Source of the DNA: a virus
Taxonomy: Duplodnaviria > Caudoviricetes
DNA: 57,858 nt
Strand: one strand, 5' to 3'
Virus record (IMG/VR): IMGVR_UViG_3300021197_001375
Location: 1 to 57,858 of that record
Shown here: positions 38,932 to 48,011 of the stretch, piece after piece
Layout of the letters: the number at the start of each line of letters is the position of its first letter
How positions within the stretch are numbered: the first letter of the stretch is position 1
Position numbers and translations under genes: made by a program
The notes under the pieces: model-generated
The model's database searches: none
Told to the model about the DNA's origin: nothing
What the model saw: only the letters and a program-made list of their open reading frames with translations

Positions 38932-39866
38932 TATATCTCCGGATAATAAGTTTTAGGTGAAATATAAATGCTTGCAGGTGATCCATCTTCTTGCAATGCT
39001 CTTTGTAATTCATCCTCATAAATTAATTTCATTTCTTGAATTCTTTGTGGTGCTTTTTTCATAGCCATATAATAAGCTAAACCTGCGCACATACATGGTA
39101 CAAATCTATTAACTACATCAGCTTCATTAGTATATTTACCTGCATCTTGAATTCTTTTAACATAATAAAAATAAATGTAGTTTCCAGCTTGTGTACTACC
39201 TGGTGTCAAATATAAAGTAATAGTAACTTTATCTATAAATCTTTGAACAAAATATTGTGATGGTTGACCTGTAGCAATTTTATTTGAAAAAGCTTGATAT
39301 TGTGATCTGTTAATCTTTGATAAAGGTGTATCTACATCACTTGTATTCCTGAAACTAGCTTCAAGAATATCTGAAACCATATCAACAAAATTTGTAACTG
39401 CATCTCCAGATGCATGGCCTGCAGCCGTTGTATCATCTGCTCCTCGACCAGATGCTTCACAAATTATATTATTACCAGAAATAGAAGTATAAATAATTAC
39501 TTCAGAATTAATCCTAATTTTACCGGTAGCATTCATATTTTTTGTAGATGTTACAGGAATAGTTGTTGCACTTGATGAAATACCAGAACTTAAAGTCGTA
39601 GTTATTCCATTAGCATTTCCATCAGATGGTGATCTAAAAATTGTATATTCGTTTTGATTAGCTGCTAGTGTAATTGCAGTTCTTGCAACTTCCCAAAAAT
39701 GCAAGCCTCTGTTGTCCCATTCTTGAAACATTATATTTAAAGAACGTCTTGCTGATCTTAAATCATTACCTGAGTAATCAAAGAATCCTAATCTTTCAAA
39801 AGACTCAGTTATAATATCATCGATCGAGAGAAATTTCTCGAATGTACTTGTGCCCGAAAAAGCCAC
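38931..39866 (-). CDS. Head-tail adaptor protein
   Basis: RSARRSLNIMFQEWDNRGL; GQPSQYFVQR; GTG start with GGAGG SD. Confidence 0.7.
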   Translation of the reverse strand: MAFSGTSTFEKFLSIDDIITESFERLGFFDYSGNDLRSARRSLNIMFQEWDNRGLHFWEVARTAITLAANQNEYTIFRSPSDGNANGITTTLSSGISSSATTIPVTSTKNMNATGKIRINSEVIIYTSISGNNIICEASGRGADDTTAAGHASGDAVTNFVDMVSDILEASFRNTSDVDTPLSKINRSQYQAFSNKIATGQPSQYFVQRFIDKVTITLYLTPGSTQAGNYIYFYYVKRIQDAGKYTNEADVVNRFVPCMCAGLAYYMAMKKAPQRIQEMKLIYEDELQRALQEDGSPASIYISPKTYYPEI

Positions 39867-39875
39867 GTAAACCTC

Positions 39876-40178
39876 CTACGAGTTGCTTCCGCCACTATGA
39901 AACACGGTTAACTTCGTAACCTGCTCTGTAGTTAAAACAGAATTAAGATTAGTTTTAAATAGAATAGGTGTAGGGAAAATTACAGTTTTAGTTTCCACTA
40001 CTGGACCATGATCTATTTTAACTTTGGAAGTTGTTCCATCTTTTAATTCTATTACTCCTCCAGTTGCTGTTCCAACATAATGTATTCCGTAAGCTCTAGT
40101 TCTACCAGTCTGAATAGTTTTAGTTTCAGTAGTTACGTTGCTCGCTACTCCATCTTGTGTTGATCCAAATGTTGTCAT
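39876..40178 (-). CDS. Small virion structural protein
   Basis: 100 aa beta-rich; AGGAG SD. Confidence 0.6.
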   Translation of the reverse strand: MTTFGSTQDGVASNVTTETKTIQTGRTRAYGIHYVGTATGGVIELKDGTTSKVKIDHGPVVETKTVIFPTPILFKTNLNSVLTTEQVTKLTVFHSGGSNS

Positions 40179-40202
40179 TTATATTTTCTCCTTAAAATTT
40201 TA

Positions 40203-40222
40203 TGTGGGCCCGAAGGCCCACA
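40203..40222 (-). terminator. UUCG-capped hairpin (terminator/processing)
   Basis: TGTGGGCC-TTCG-GGCCCACA on the minus strand; weak U tract. Confidence 0.6.
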
Positions 40223-40236
40223 AAATTATTTAACTA

Positions 40237-40788
40237 TTAACTGAATGGTGTAACAAATGCACCATTACCAATTAATTGAGCTTCTATCTGCCAAGTTAAA
40301 CCAGCGACTGCTCTACATTTAATGTGAGCACCACCTAGTCCACCTCTAGTAGTAGCATCTAAAGTTAGTGTATCAAGAGATGCTGCAAAAGCAGTTACTG
40401 CCCCTGGATCGGTAGCTGTATTATTATAAATAGCCATTCCTACGTATACATCAGCTGAAGCGTGACCAGCTGCAGTTCCTGCATTTAAAACAAATGTGTT
40501 TCCACCTGTTAAATTTGCAGTTACAAGAAATTCGTATTCTAAACCAACATTGTTTTTAGTGTTTGGATCAGATCCTGGACCTGAAACACCAGAATCAGCT
40601 GTTGCTACGATTGCAGGTAAATTAAAAACAGTATTAGCATTGCCAATAGTTAATACTTTACCTTGGTATTTATTTATGTTTGTTTTGCTATCAGATACCG
40701 TTCCTGTGATAGCTTGTATCATTTTAGGACCTGCTCCTATAAAACCATTAAGTGATTTTACTGGGCCGTCAAACGTTGTTTGTGCCAT
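40237..40788 (-). CDS. Capsid decoration/fiber-like protein
   Basis: MAQTTFDGPVKSLNGF N-terminus; GGAGG SD; downstream of MCP. Confidence 0.6.
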   Translation of the reverse strand: MAQTTFDGPVKSLNGFIGAGPKMIQAITGTVSDSKTNINKYQGKVLTIGNANTVFNLPAIVATADSGVSGPGSDPNTKNNVGLEYEFLVTANLTGGNTFVLNAGTAAGHASADVYVGMAIYNNTATDPGAVTAFAASLDTLTLDATTRGGLGGAHIKCRAVAGLTWQIEAQLIGNGAFVTPFS

Positions 40789-40873
40789 AATTATATCCTC
40801 CTAGTTTTCCGAACGTAGTCTCTAGGCCGTCGACTATACGCGTCTACGTTCTAATTAATTGTATAGTGATTAT

Positions 40874-40902
40874 TTTATATACTAGATTTTAATAGAGTGC
40901 AA
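40874..40902 (-). promoter_or_regulatory. sigma70-type promoter
   Basis: TTGCAC-N17-TATAAA followed by a structured leader. Confidence 0.55.
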
Positions 40903-40946
40903 GAGAGCCTTATAAGAAAGTGCGATTTCAGCGATGTAGCTTTTGA

Positions 40947-41156
40947 TTAAGTAGCTACAGAAACTTGTGGAGCTGCGTCTTCGACAGTATTCTGTCTGTG
41001 AGCAATAGCTGCTTCTTCCAGCTTAATGTCAGTAATGACTTTTTTAACCTTGTCATCAATTCTGACCATTTCAAGAGTATACTTACCATTGTCAATATGC
41101 TCTTGTTCCCACTTCAACTCCAAGGACCTTTTTTGTTTGTATAGGTCTTGTATCAT
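40947..41156 (-). CDS. Hypothetical protein
   Basis: MIQDLYKQKRSLELKWEQEH... Confidence 0.65.
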   Translation of the reverse strand: MIQDLYKQKRSLELKWEQEHIDNGKYTLEMVRIDDKVKKVITDIKLEEAAIAHRQNTVEDAAPQVSVAT

Positions 41157-41349
41157 AGATAACTTCCTCATAAGTTATTCTGTTAACTCGGTCATCGTAA
41201 GAATTTCCGAGATATTCCCAGTTTATACTCTTTTCTCCTAATTTGTCAAGGATGGACTGCTCAAGAGAAATAGCATTATCTTCCGCTAAAACGTTAAATT
41301 TTGCGTAATAATCATATGCCCATATTTTTACTGTGAAGTTTTTTTTCAT
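41092..41349 (-). CDS. Hypothetical protein
   Basis: 85-aa ORF after the MCP terminator. Confidence 0.65.
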   Translation of the reverse strand: MKKNFTVKIWAYDYYAKFNVLAEDNAISLEQSILDKLGEKSINWEYLGNSYDDRVNRITYEEVIYDTRPIQTKKVLGVEVGTRAY

Positions 41350-41370
41350 TTTATCTTTCTATTGTAGAAA

Positions 41371-41395
41371 TGAGGCGGGATTATGTCCCGCCTCA
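41371..41395 (-). terminator. Intrinsic terminator after major capsid gene
   Basis: 10-bp stem TGAGGCGGGA/TCCCGCCTCA followed by TTTCT on the minus strand. Confidence 0.75.
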
Positions 41396-41408
41396 AATAT
41401 CTTATCTA

Positions 41409-42320
41409 TTAAGCACCTTCAACACCAAAGATACCTCTGTAGTCAGAGACACCAAATTTGTATCTCTCTCTAGCTTTGTATCTTACGTTTCCAGTATCGA
41501 AGTCACCTTCCATCGCTGTTCTGATAGGTGTTCTTTCGAAGTACTTCATACCATTAGGCACATCAGTGATAATGTAGAACGCATCCGTGTCAGTTAAAAA
41601 GTTATTAACTCTGTAACCTTGTGGAATCATTCCCATTGACGCGATAGCGTTAATGTCATTATCAGCAGTTGACGTTCTACCTTGAGACTTCATAAGTCTT
41701 TCAGCAGTGAATTGAAGCTCACTTGGAACGATCATTTTAACTCCTCTTGCAGCAATTTTTAGACCTCTTTCGTCTGTCATTTGCGCAATATCGATTAATG
41801 ATTGCTCTAGTGAAGTTTCATTCAAGTCAGCTTGTGCAGCTAACGTGTTTGATACAGTGCCCGCGATTGTTGGGTGAGCAGTGTTAAATAAAGAAACACC
41901 ATCACCTGAATCAAAATTATTCGTAGTTGGTAAACCTTGAATAAGCGGATCTACTGATTTGATTTGTTTAGTATTCGCCATAGATCTAGCTAATGCTTTT
42001 GTATATCTAGACGCAAGTCTATCGTACAAGTTATCCTCGATCGCTTCTTCAGTGATCGCGAATGCAAGCGCAACTGTTTCCATAGTGTATCTTGCAGTAT
42101 AAGTCTCTTGAGCATTGTCAAAAGTTACTGCAGAACCTTCTGGTTTAACTGCTGCATTTGCAAAACCAGATAACATAACTTCTTCTTCAAACGCCCTGTC
42201 TGAAGTTTCTGTTACGTATATCTCAGCATGCTGATTTTCATAACGTTTATATTCCAGTCCGAATAGTGCATTCAGGCCTGGTTCTAGTTCTTTAACTAGT
42301 TGTCCTCGTGATATAGCCAT
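41409..42320 (-). CDS. Major capsid protein
   Basis: MAISRGQLVKELEPGLNALFGLEY...FAITEEAIEDNLY...YKARERY; strong SD, followed by terminator. Confidence 0.9.
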   Translation of the reverse strand: MAISRGQLVKELEPGLNALFGLEYKRYENQHAEIYVTETSDRAFEEEVMLSGFANAAVKPEGSAVTFDNAQETYTARYTMETVALAFAITEEAIEDNLYDRLASRYTKALARSMANTKQIKSVDPLIQGLPTTNNFDSGDGVSLFNTAHPTIAGTVSNTLAAQADLNETSLEQSLIDIAQMTDERGLKIAARGVKMIVPSELQFTAERLMKSQGRTSTADNDINAIASMGMIPQGYRVNNFLTDTDAFYIITDVPNGMKYFERTPIRTAMEGDFDTGNVRYKARERYKFGVSDYRGIFGVEGA

Positions 42321-42342
42321 GTTTTATCTCCTATTCTCGCTA

Positions 42343-42933
42343 TTATATACCTAGGTTTTTATCGTAACCATCGTAGATATGCTCGTTAATTTTAACAACT
42401 AAGTTAAGATTAGCAGCACCAAGTGTATTGTTTTCTACGTCGTTAGATATACCTGTTACTTTTAATTGAGCCGTACCAGTTGTAGATGTACTGTGATTTA
42501 GTTCCGACTTAGAAACATTATTCGCAGAATTTCCAGCTGTTACTTCGATGTTGTAATTCTTGAACACATCTGTCTGCGCGTGCGCAGTAGCTTTGTTCGA
42601 TTGAATTTCAAATCGTTCGTACGGATCGTCTGCTACGAAAGCTTTGATATCACTAGCAGCTATTGTACCTGCATAATGATTAGCAAACGTAGGCTTGCTT
42701 GTTGTTGGATCAGTGTAAAAAACCCCGTTGAGTGATCCCACGATGAAAGCTTCAGAAGCTGCAGCTTGGTGAATTGTACCAGCCGCTGTTGCTGAAACCG
42801 CATCTTGGAAGAAGATCTTAGTAGTATCACCTGATGATATACTATATTCTCCTAAACCCTGGTTGTCTCTATTCTGACCGACTTTGCCAATAGCTCTTAA
42901 GCCAAAAGCAGCGTCTTTGTTTGTTTTTGCCAT
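42343..42933 (-). CDS. Capsid-associated (decoration/minor) protein
   Basis: NKDAAFGLR...FVADDP; directly upstream of MCP. Confidence 0.65.
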   Translation of the reverse strand: MAKTNKDAAFGLRAIGKVGQNRDNQGLGEYSISSGDTTKIFFQDAVSATAAGTIHQAAASEAFIVGSLNGVFYTDPTTSKPTFANHYAGTIAASDIKAFVADDPYERFEIQSNKATAHAQTDVFKNYNIEVTAGNSANNVSKSELNHSTSTTGTAQLKVTGISNDVENNTLGAANLNLVVKINEHIYDGYDKNLGI

Positions 42934-43015
42934 AGAGGCCTCCTATTAAATGTACCTGCCCCGAAGGGCCTCCAGTACGGGTTTATGTTATCTCGATGGT
43001 TTGTGAATTCCTAAA

Positions 43016-43480
43016 TTAGGATTTCTTTGAGCCACCAAAAGTAACACGCGATTGTCTATCAATATTGATAGGCATGCTTGGGTGCTCTTCCTTCATAAGA
43101 TCGTTGTCCATTGCTTCAACTTTTTCACTATGTTGTTTTGCATAGTAATCTTGTCTTTGCTTCGCGATCTCTTCCGGTACCCTAGCGAGCACTAGGCCGC
43201 CAACACCGATCACTCCCTTGTATTTGCCGTCTTCGACAACTGGATAATCGCCATCAGGATATTCATCAGATCTTACTAATTCATATCCAGATCTTATTCT
43301 TCCTTGGATATTTTTTGTATCCTGGAATCCTAAAGATTCAGCTCTTAACCACCTATGTCTAAAACCTGTAGGCGCAGGGGGTGCATCTAATGCAGATGGT
43401 GGAGTCCAAACTTTTTTGTGAGATGTTTTTTCTCTTGTTTGACTCGCACGTGAGGTTTTCTTTTCATTTTTATTTTCCAT
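43016..43480 (-). CDS. Head-module hypothetical protein
   Basis: WTPPSALDAPPAP...IGVGGLVLAR. Confidence 0.7.
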   Translation of the reverse strand: MENKNEKKTSRASQTREKTSHKKVWTPPSALDAPPAPTGFRHRWLRAESLGFQDTKNIQGRIRSGYELVRSDEYPDGDYPVVEDGKYKGVIGVGGLVLARVPEEIAKQRQDYYAKQHSEKVEAMDNDLMKEEHPSMPINIDRQSRVTFGGSKKS

Positions 43481-43484
43481 ATGC

Positions 43485-44486
43485 TTAAGCCTCCTTCGTG
43501 ATGTTTAATTGTTTCGCATATTCTTCAAGTGGCACACCTAATTTTTTAGCGATTGCTACCTGTGATGGTGTGAGCCTCACAGTTTTGCGACCAGATTTGG
43601 TACTTCGCTTCGCTGAAGCTACTGTTTGTACCGGAGCAGGTCGTATATTTTCTCCCGAACTATTATTATTACCAAATTTGTGCGGGAATTCAAGTCTTAT
43701 TCTTTTATCTATTTCAGAATAATACTCGTCACTTGATGGGTCAAAACCTTCCTGTTCTGTTAACTTCTTATGAAGATCAAAAGCAGTGTAAGTCATAGCA
43801 GAATCCTGACCAAACCACGTGTTTTTATCAGCCCACGCGCTTGCTTTAGGATCTGGTGTTCCTTGTGCTACTGGTTTTCTTTGTAAGTTAATTTCAGGAG
43901 TAGGTTTCTCCTTTTGTTGTTTTTCAAAAGCTTCCTGGGCTAATTTAGTTTCAGCCAATTTAGCTTTTTTGTATCCTAACTCAGATATAGATGCCAAAGC
44001 TTCTGCCTCAGCTCCAAGATCATTTGCTTCTCTTGCTGCTGCTAGTTTAGCTTGTGCGGCTGCTACACCTGACGTAATACTCTCTTCGGTTACAGCAACA
44101 AAGTCTGGTTGTAATTTAGAAAGTTTTGCATCTGCTTCTTTTTTATCACTCATCACTTTTTGAGCATAAGAAAGAGCTTCATCTTTTTGACGCTCTGCTT
44201 CTCTCCATTTCTTAGTTAACTTTGCTATTCTCTTCTGTACACTATCAGAGTAGTCTTTTAATTCTGTATCATCTTTCTTGTCCTCTAACTTAGTTTCTCT
44301 TTCATTTTCATAAGTTTTATCCTCTGATTGTTTTTCTTCAACCACAGGTCTTACTGTTGGCTCTTCAACTGAAGCCTCTTTCTGTTCTACAATATCCTCT
44401 TCTTTTGTTTCAGGAACATCGACATCCATTGCTGGACCAGAGGTATCGAGTTCAACTGTTTTTTTCACTTCTTCAGTGTCTGGCAT
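43485..44486 (-). CDS. Capsid scaffolding protein
   Basis: Acidic N-terminus, coiled coil, C-terminal LTPSQVAIAKKLGVPLEEYAK. Confidence 0.75.
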   Translation of the reverse strand: MPDTEEVKKTVELDTSGPAMDVDVPETKEEDIVEQKEASVEEPTVRPVVEEKQSEDKTYENERETKLEDKKDDTELKDYSDSVQKRIAKLTKKWREAERQKDEALSYAQKVMSDKKEADAKLSKLQPDFVAVTEESITSGVAAAQAKLAAAREANDLGAEAEALASISELGYKKAKLAETKLAQEAFEKQQKEKPTPEINLQRKPVAQGTPDPKASAWADKNTWFGQDSAMTYTAFDLHKKLTEQEGFDPSSDEYYSEIDKRIRLEFPHKFGNNNSSGENIRPAPVQTVASAKRSTKSGRKTVRLTPSQVAIAKKLGVPLEEYAKQLNITKEA

Positions 44487-44504
44487 AGTTTTCTCCTTCT
44501 ATGT

Positions 44505-44969
44505 TTAATATTGATGAAGTATATCTTCGGGGTTATCTATTTTTGCTAATACTTCATCATCATTTAGCAATCTAACTTCACCCCCGTCAATTTGAATTCT
44601 TGATCCTGCATAACGTGCAAAAATTACCCAATCACCTTTTTTACACCAAGGTCCTTCGGGATATCTTTCTTTATCATTATAACAGTCTGGACCTTGAGCT
44701 AATACAAGACCACAAGTAGATCCTACTTGTTGTCTTTCTAAAGTTTCTTGTCCAAGAAATAAACCACCCTTAGTTTTTTCTTTCATTTTGAAAGGAAGAA
44801 TTAACATTCTCCAACCGGTTGGTACTGGTAATTTTGAAGATTCTTTTGTTTTTAAACGTTCGTAAGCATCGACTTCTTTGTCGTTTTGCTCTTTATTTTC
44901 TTTATCATACTTTTCAGCCAAAGCATATTTAATCTTTGGTGTTGAGTTTGATGACTGTTCCTTTTTCAT
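44505..44969 (-). CDS. groES: GroES-like co-chaperonin
   Basis: PTGWRMLI, KTKGGL, GDWVIFARYAG, LLNDDEVLA. Confidence 0.88.
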   Translation of the reverse strand: MKKEQSSNSTPKIKYALAEKYDKENKEQNDKEVDAYERLKTKESSKLPVPTGWRMLILPFKMKEKTKGGLFLGQETLERQQVGSTCGLVLAQGPDCYNDKERYPEGPWCKKGDWVIFARYAGSRIQIDGGEVRLLNDDEVLAKIDNPEDILHQY

Positions 44970-45159
44970 CTTTTTGCTCCTTTTCATTTAGCAGGTTAGA
45001 GATATCCTGTAAAATTGTTAAACACGTATGTGCTTGTCCTAGCATATACTTATATTTTTCCATATTGTCAACTGTGCCTGACATCATACTTTCTCCGATA
45101 TTGTGATATTGGTCTTTCAAAGATCTCTGTATTTTATTTATTAGTGTAAGTTCATCCAT
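44929..45159 (-). CDS. Hypothetical protein
   Basis: VDNMEKYKYMLGQ; upstream of groES. Confidence 0.7.
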   Translation of the reverse strand: MDELTLINKIQRSLKDQYHNIGESMMSGTVDNMEKYKYMLGQAHTCLTILQDISNLLNEKEQKDEKGTVIKLNTKD

Positions 45160-45471
45160 TTAACATTTCCATCGTTTGCGTGCCTGTCTCAATCTAGAGT
45201 TAGGATCTTTTGCAGCCTTTGGAAATTTTTTCATTTGGCCTGCGCTTCTTGCACAGTACGACTTACGTCGATTTGCAGCTTTTGATCCTGGCTTAACTTT
45301 TCCAGTCACGGCTGTTTTTAGTTTTGAACCTGGATTTTTTCTTCTATAGGCAGCGACACCAGCTCTTGTCATACCTGCTCCAGACTTTGTAGATCTAAAG
45401 TTCTTTTTATTTCTCGCAGGCATAGTGCCTTTGTTATATAATTCTCTTGGCATTTGTCCTCTTGATATCAT
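45160..45471 (-). CDS. Small basic protein
   Basis: RRKSYCARS...DPNSRLRQARKRWKC. Confidence 0.75.
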   Translation of the reverse strand: MISRGQMPRELYNKGTMPARNKKNFRSTKSGAGMTRAGVAAYRRKNPGSKLKTAVTGKVKPGSKAANRRKSYCARSAGQMKKFPKAAKDPNSRLRQARKRWKC

Positions 45472-45623
45472 ATTCTTTGTAACTCCGGATTTTTAGATAA
45501 TATATTTTTTTCTGCTCTTGGTCTAGCAACAGAATCTTTACTTCTTTTTCTAAGTTGAGCAATTGCAGATTCTTTTAACTGTTTTTGTTTTTTTAATTGT
45601 TTTAAATCTTTTTCTAAATTCAT
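45468..45623 (-). CDS. Small basic protein (51 aa)
   Basis: MNLEKDLKQLKKQKQLKESAIAQLRKRS...; ATGA coupled at both ends. Confidence 0.65.
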   Translation of the reverse strand: MNLEKDLKQLKKQKQLKESAIAQLRKRSKDSVARPRAEKNILSKNPELQRI

Positions 45624-46027
45624 GATATTTTTGGCATCCTAAAACCAGGGTTAGAATAATATTTTGCGTAAGATTTATTTCCAACTTTTACTCCACCTAA
45701 ATCTCCAGATACATAACTTCCAATATAATTTTTTTGTGCTTGTCTAACCATAGCATCTCCACCGTCTGCTTTTTTAGTTCTCTTTGCAAACGTTGCAGCT
45801 CTACTAGGGGTTGGCCCAGTATTTGCCTTGGCTTGTTTTCTCTTTACGGCACCCGCACGTTGCCCTTTGGACATCGCTCTTGCTTTTGCAATAGGCACGC
45901 ATTTTGGATATTTTTTTCTTTTTTCTCCACCACTTCGACCACACTTGGGGTATGAGCCATCCGATCGCTTGTTTGCAATATCTACCCAATTCTCTTTTAC
46001 CCATGCTCTTAAACCTTTCTTGGCCAT
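45620..46027 (-). CDS. Small basic protein
   Basis: GLRAWVKENWVDI...KYPKCVP. Confidence 0.75.
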   Translation of the reverse strand: MAKKGLRAWVKENWVDIANKRSDGSYPKCGRSGGEKRKKYPKCVPIAKARAMSKGQRAGAVKRKQAKANTGPTPSRAATFAKRTKKADGGDAMVRQAQKNYIGSYVSGDLGGVKVGNKSYAKYYSNPGFRMPKIS

Positions 46028-46221
46028 TAGACCTCCGTCATCATAGTCATGTCTTCATCAACAATTAATCCACCATCAGCAGCTTTTTTTCTTTTCTTCT
46101 TGCCACCTGGTGTAACTTTACCAGAGCAAACAGCAGATGCATACATATTAGCATACGCGCTTGGGTACACTTTAAATTTTCGCTTCGCTGCAGCTTTACC
46201 TCTTGGACATAGTTTTGCCAT
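46027..46221 (-). CDS. Small basic protein
   Basis: KRKFKVYPSAYANMYASAVC. Confidence 0.75.
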   Translation of the reverse strand: MAKLCPRGKAAAKRKFKVYPSAYANMYASAVCSGKVTPGGKKKRKKAADGGLIVDEDMTMMTEV

Positions 46222-46664
46222 TATGAATTTCTCCCTCTAGCTTTTTTGTTCATACCTTTTTTACAGATTCCACCACCTCTTAAAACTGCTCTTCCACCTG
46301 ATCGATAACCACCCATAGCTTCTGGTATTACTTTTTTAAATTCACCTGTTTGTTTAACTACTTTAGGATCTTTTAAAGTATCTTGAAAATCCGATAATCT
46401 TTCATTTTTTTTCTGTAATTCTACTCTTTTTTTATTTAATCTTTGTTTTTTTGATTTTGGATTAAAAGTTGCTTTAATATCTTTTTTAATTCCAGTAATT
46501 GCACTATCTCTACCTTTTATATAATCGTCTTCAGTAAAGTCTGCATCTTTGTAATCTTTTTTTAAACTTGCAATTTTATCTTTATTGCTCTTATACATTT
46601 TATCAGTTCTTCTTTGAGCTGCTTTTCTAGATTCTTTTAATAGTTCTGATTCTGAATTAGCCAT
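46221..46664 (-). CDS. Basic hypothetical protein
   Basis: Lys-rich; C-terminal YRSGGRAVLRGGG. Confidence 0.7.
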   Translation of the reverse strand: MANSESELLKESRKAAQRRTDKMYKSNKDKIASLKKDYKDADFTEDDYIKGRDSAITGIKKDIKATFNPKSKKQRLNKKRVELQKKNERLSDFQDTLKDPKVVKQTGEFKKVIPEAMGGYRSGGRAVLRGGGICKKGMNKKARGRNS

Positions 46665-46798
46665 TATACTTTACCTCCACGTCTAAAATATTTTTTTCCT
46701 TTTAAAGCCTCCAAACGTGCAGAAGGCTTTGTAGGTTTCTTCTTCTTCTTTTGTTGCATCATCTGCAACATTTTCTGAAGTTTTTTTTGACGAGACAT
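46664..46798 (-). CDS. Small basic protein (44 aa)
   Basis: MSRQKKLQKMLQMMQQKKKKK...YFRRGGKV; TAATG coupled at both ends. Confidence 0.65.
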   Translation of the reverse strand: MSRQKKLQKMLQMMQQKKKKKPTKPSARLEALKGKKYFRRGGKV

Positions 46799-47145
46799 TA
46801 TCTATTGATTTTGCCTTTTTTCTTCATCTTGCTACCGAATTTTCCGTAAGACTCATCTCTGCTAGCTTTTAATTGTTTAGCAGTTCTTTTCTTTCGGATT
46901 CTCATAGCGATAGATTCGTCTTTTCTATCTTTGTAACCTTGTTTTTTCTTACCAACTTTTTTCACAGATCCTCCTTTTCTGTACATTTGTCCGCCTCTCA
47001 TTCCCATATCAGGTGAATAAAAACCAGACTCTTCATCTCTTCTTGCAGTGCCAGAAATCATTTTTCCGCCACCTCTTTTCATTGCACGTCCACCAGAATT
47101 AAAACCAAATCCAGGGACTTGTTTGTTGAATCGTTTATTAGGCAT
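46798..47145 (-). CDS. Small basic protein
   Basis: K/R/G-rich; KQGYKDRKDES. Confidence 0.7.
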   Translation of the reverse strand: MPNKRFNKQVPGFGFNSGGRAMKRGGGKMISGTARRDEESGFYSPDMGMRGGQMYRKGGSVKKVGKKKQGYKDRKDESIAMRIRKKRTAKQLKASRDESYGKFGSKMKKKGKINR

Positions 47146-47531
47146 TATTTTTTTCCTCCGTTCCTAAAAATTTGTGTACCCTTTATACCATAAATACTCG
47201 CCACGACAAGGATCCACAAATTGGTGAACCATGACGGGAGCTGTGAGAACATATCAAAAAACAATTTGACTTTGTCCATTGCTGTCGGATCATCTGATAC
47301 GACTGCCCAAGCCAGCACCAACACGGGCAAACTTAAAATTATGAGGACGGCCTCGTCTTTCCAGTCTGATTGTCGGGCTTCTAAAAGTTTTCCCTGGTAA
47401 GCTTCCTCACCCTGGGCCATCTTAGTAGCATGCATCAGTTGTGCATCTGACATTGCCATCTTCGTTCTCTGCTTGTTAGCATAAATTTTACTTCCAGCAG
47501 AAACGGCTAGTTTAATTGCCGATAACCACAT
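47145..47531 (-). CDS. Holin-like membrane protein
   Basis: SDWKDE followed by two hydrophobic segments, LPSWF, ASIYGIKG. Confidence 0.7.
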   Translation of the reverse strand: MWLSAIKLAVSAGSKIYANKQRTKMAMSDAQLMHATKMAQGEEAYQGKLLEARQSDWKDEAVLIILSLPVLVLAWAVVSDDPTAMDKVKLFFDMFSQLPSWFTNLWILVVASIYGIKGTQIFRNGGKK

Positions 47532-47532
47532 A

Positions 47533-47730
47533 CTAGTACCACTTAGCTGTTTTCTTTTTGTCCTTAAGCATTCTTCTAGTACCTCTTACTTCTGTTTCAT
47601 CTCCAGTTGGTATGTAGTTTCTTTGCATACCATCTGCAGTAGTTACAGATCTAGGGTCCAACTCAATGTTTTGAGATGGAATGCTTACGTCAACTGACTG
47701 TGTAAAAAACTTATCGTCTTTTTTTGCCAT
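47533..47730 (-). CDS. Hypothetical protein
   Basis: 65-aa ORF with AGGAGG SD. Confidence 0.7.
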   Translation of the reverse strand: MAKKDDKFFTQSVDVSIPSQNIELDPRSVTTADGMQRNYIPTGDETEVRGTRRMLKDKKKTAKWY

Positions 47731-47738
47731 ATGTCCTC

Positions 47739-48011
47739 CTATTTTTTTCTTAACTTCTTCAATGTTATAGCAAAACGTGCTCTTTGTCCAAGCTTTCCAG
47801 GTTTTTTAGCCGCTGTTTTTAGTTTTGACGCTGGAATTGTTTTGCCTTTTTTAATTCCTAAAGATTTTCTTAGTGATCCAGGTTTTTTTATCGCTTTTTT
47901 AATAAATTTAACTTTTCCACCTTTTTTATATTTTTCTGCAAGGTTTGGATCAATATTTCTTTGTACTACTTCCGGTAATTTACCGAAATTTTTGTATTGT
48001 TTCTCTCTCAT
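47739..48011 (-). CDS. Small basic protein
   Basis: FIKKAIKKPGSLRKSLG...GQRARFAITL. Confidence 0.75.
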   Translation of the reverse strand: MREKQYKNFGKLPEVVQRNIDPNLAEKYKKGGKVKFIKKAIKKPGSLRKSLGIKKGKTIPASKLKTAAKKPGKLGQRARFAITLKKLRKK

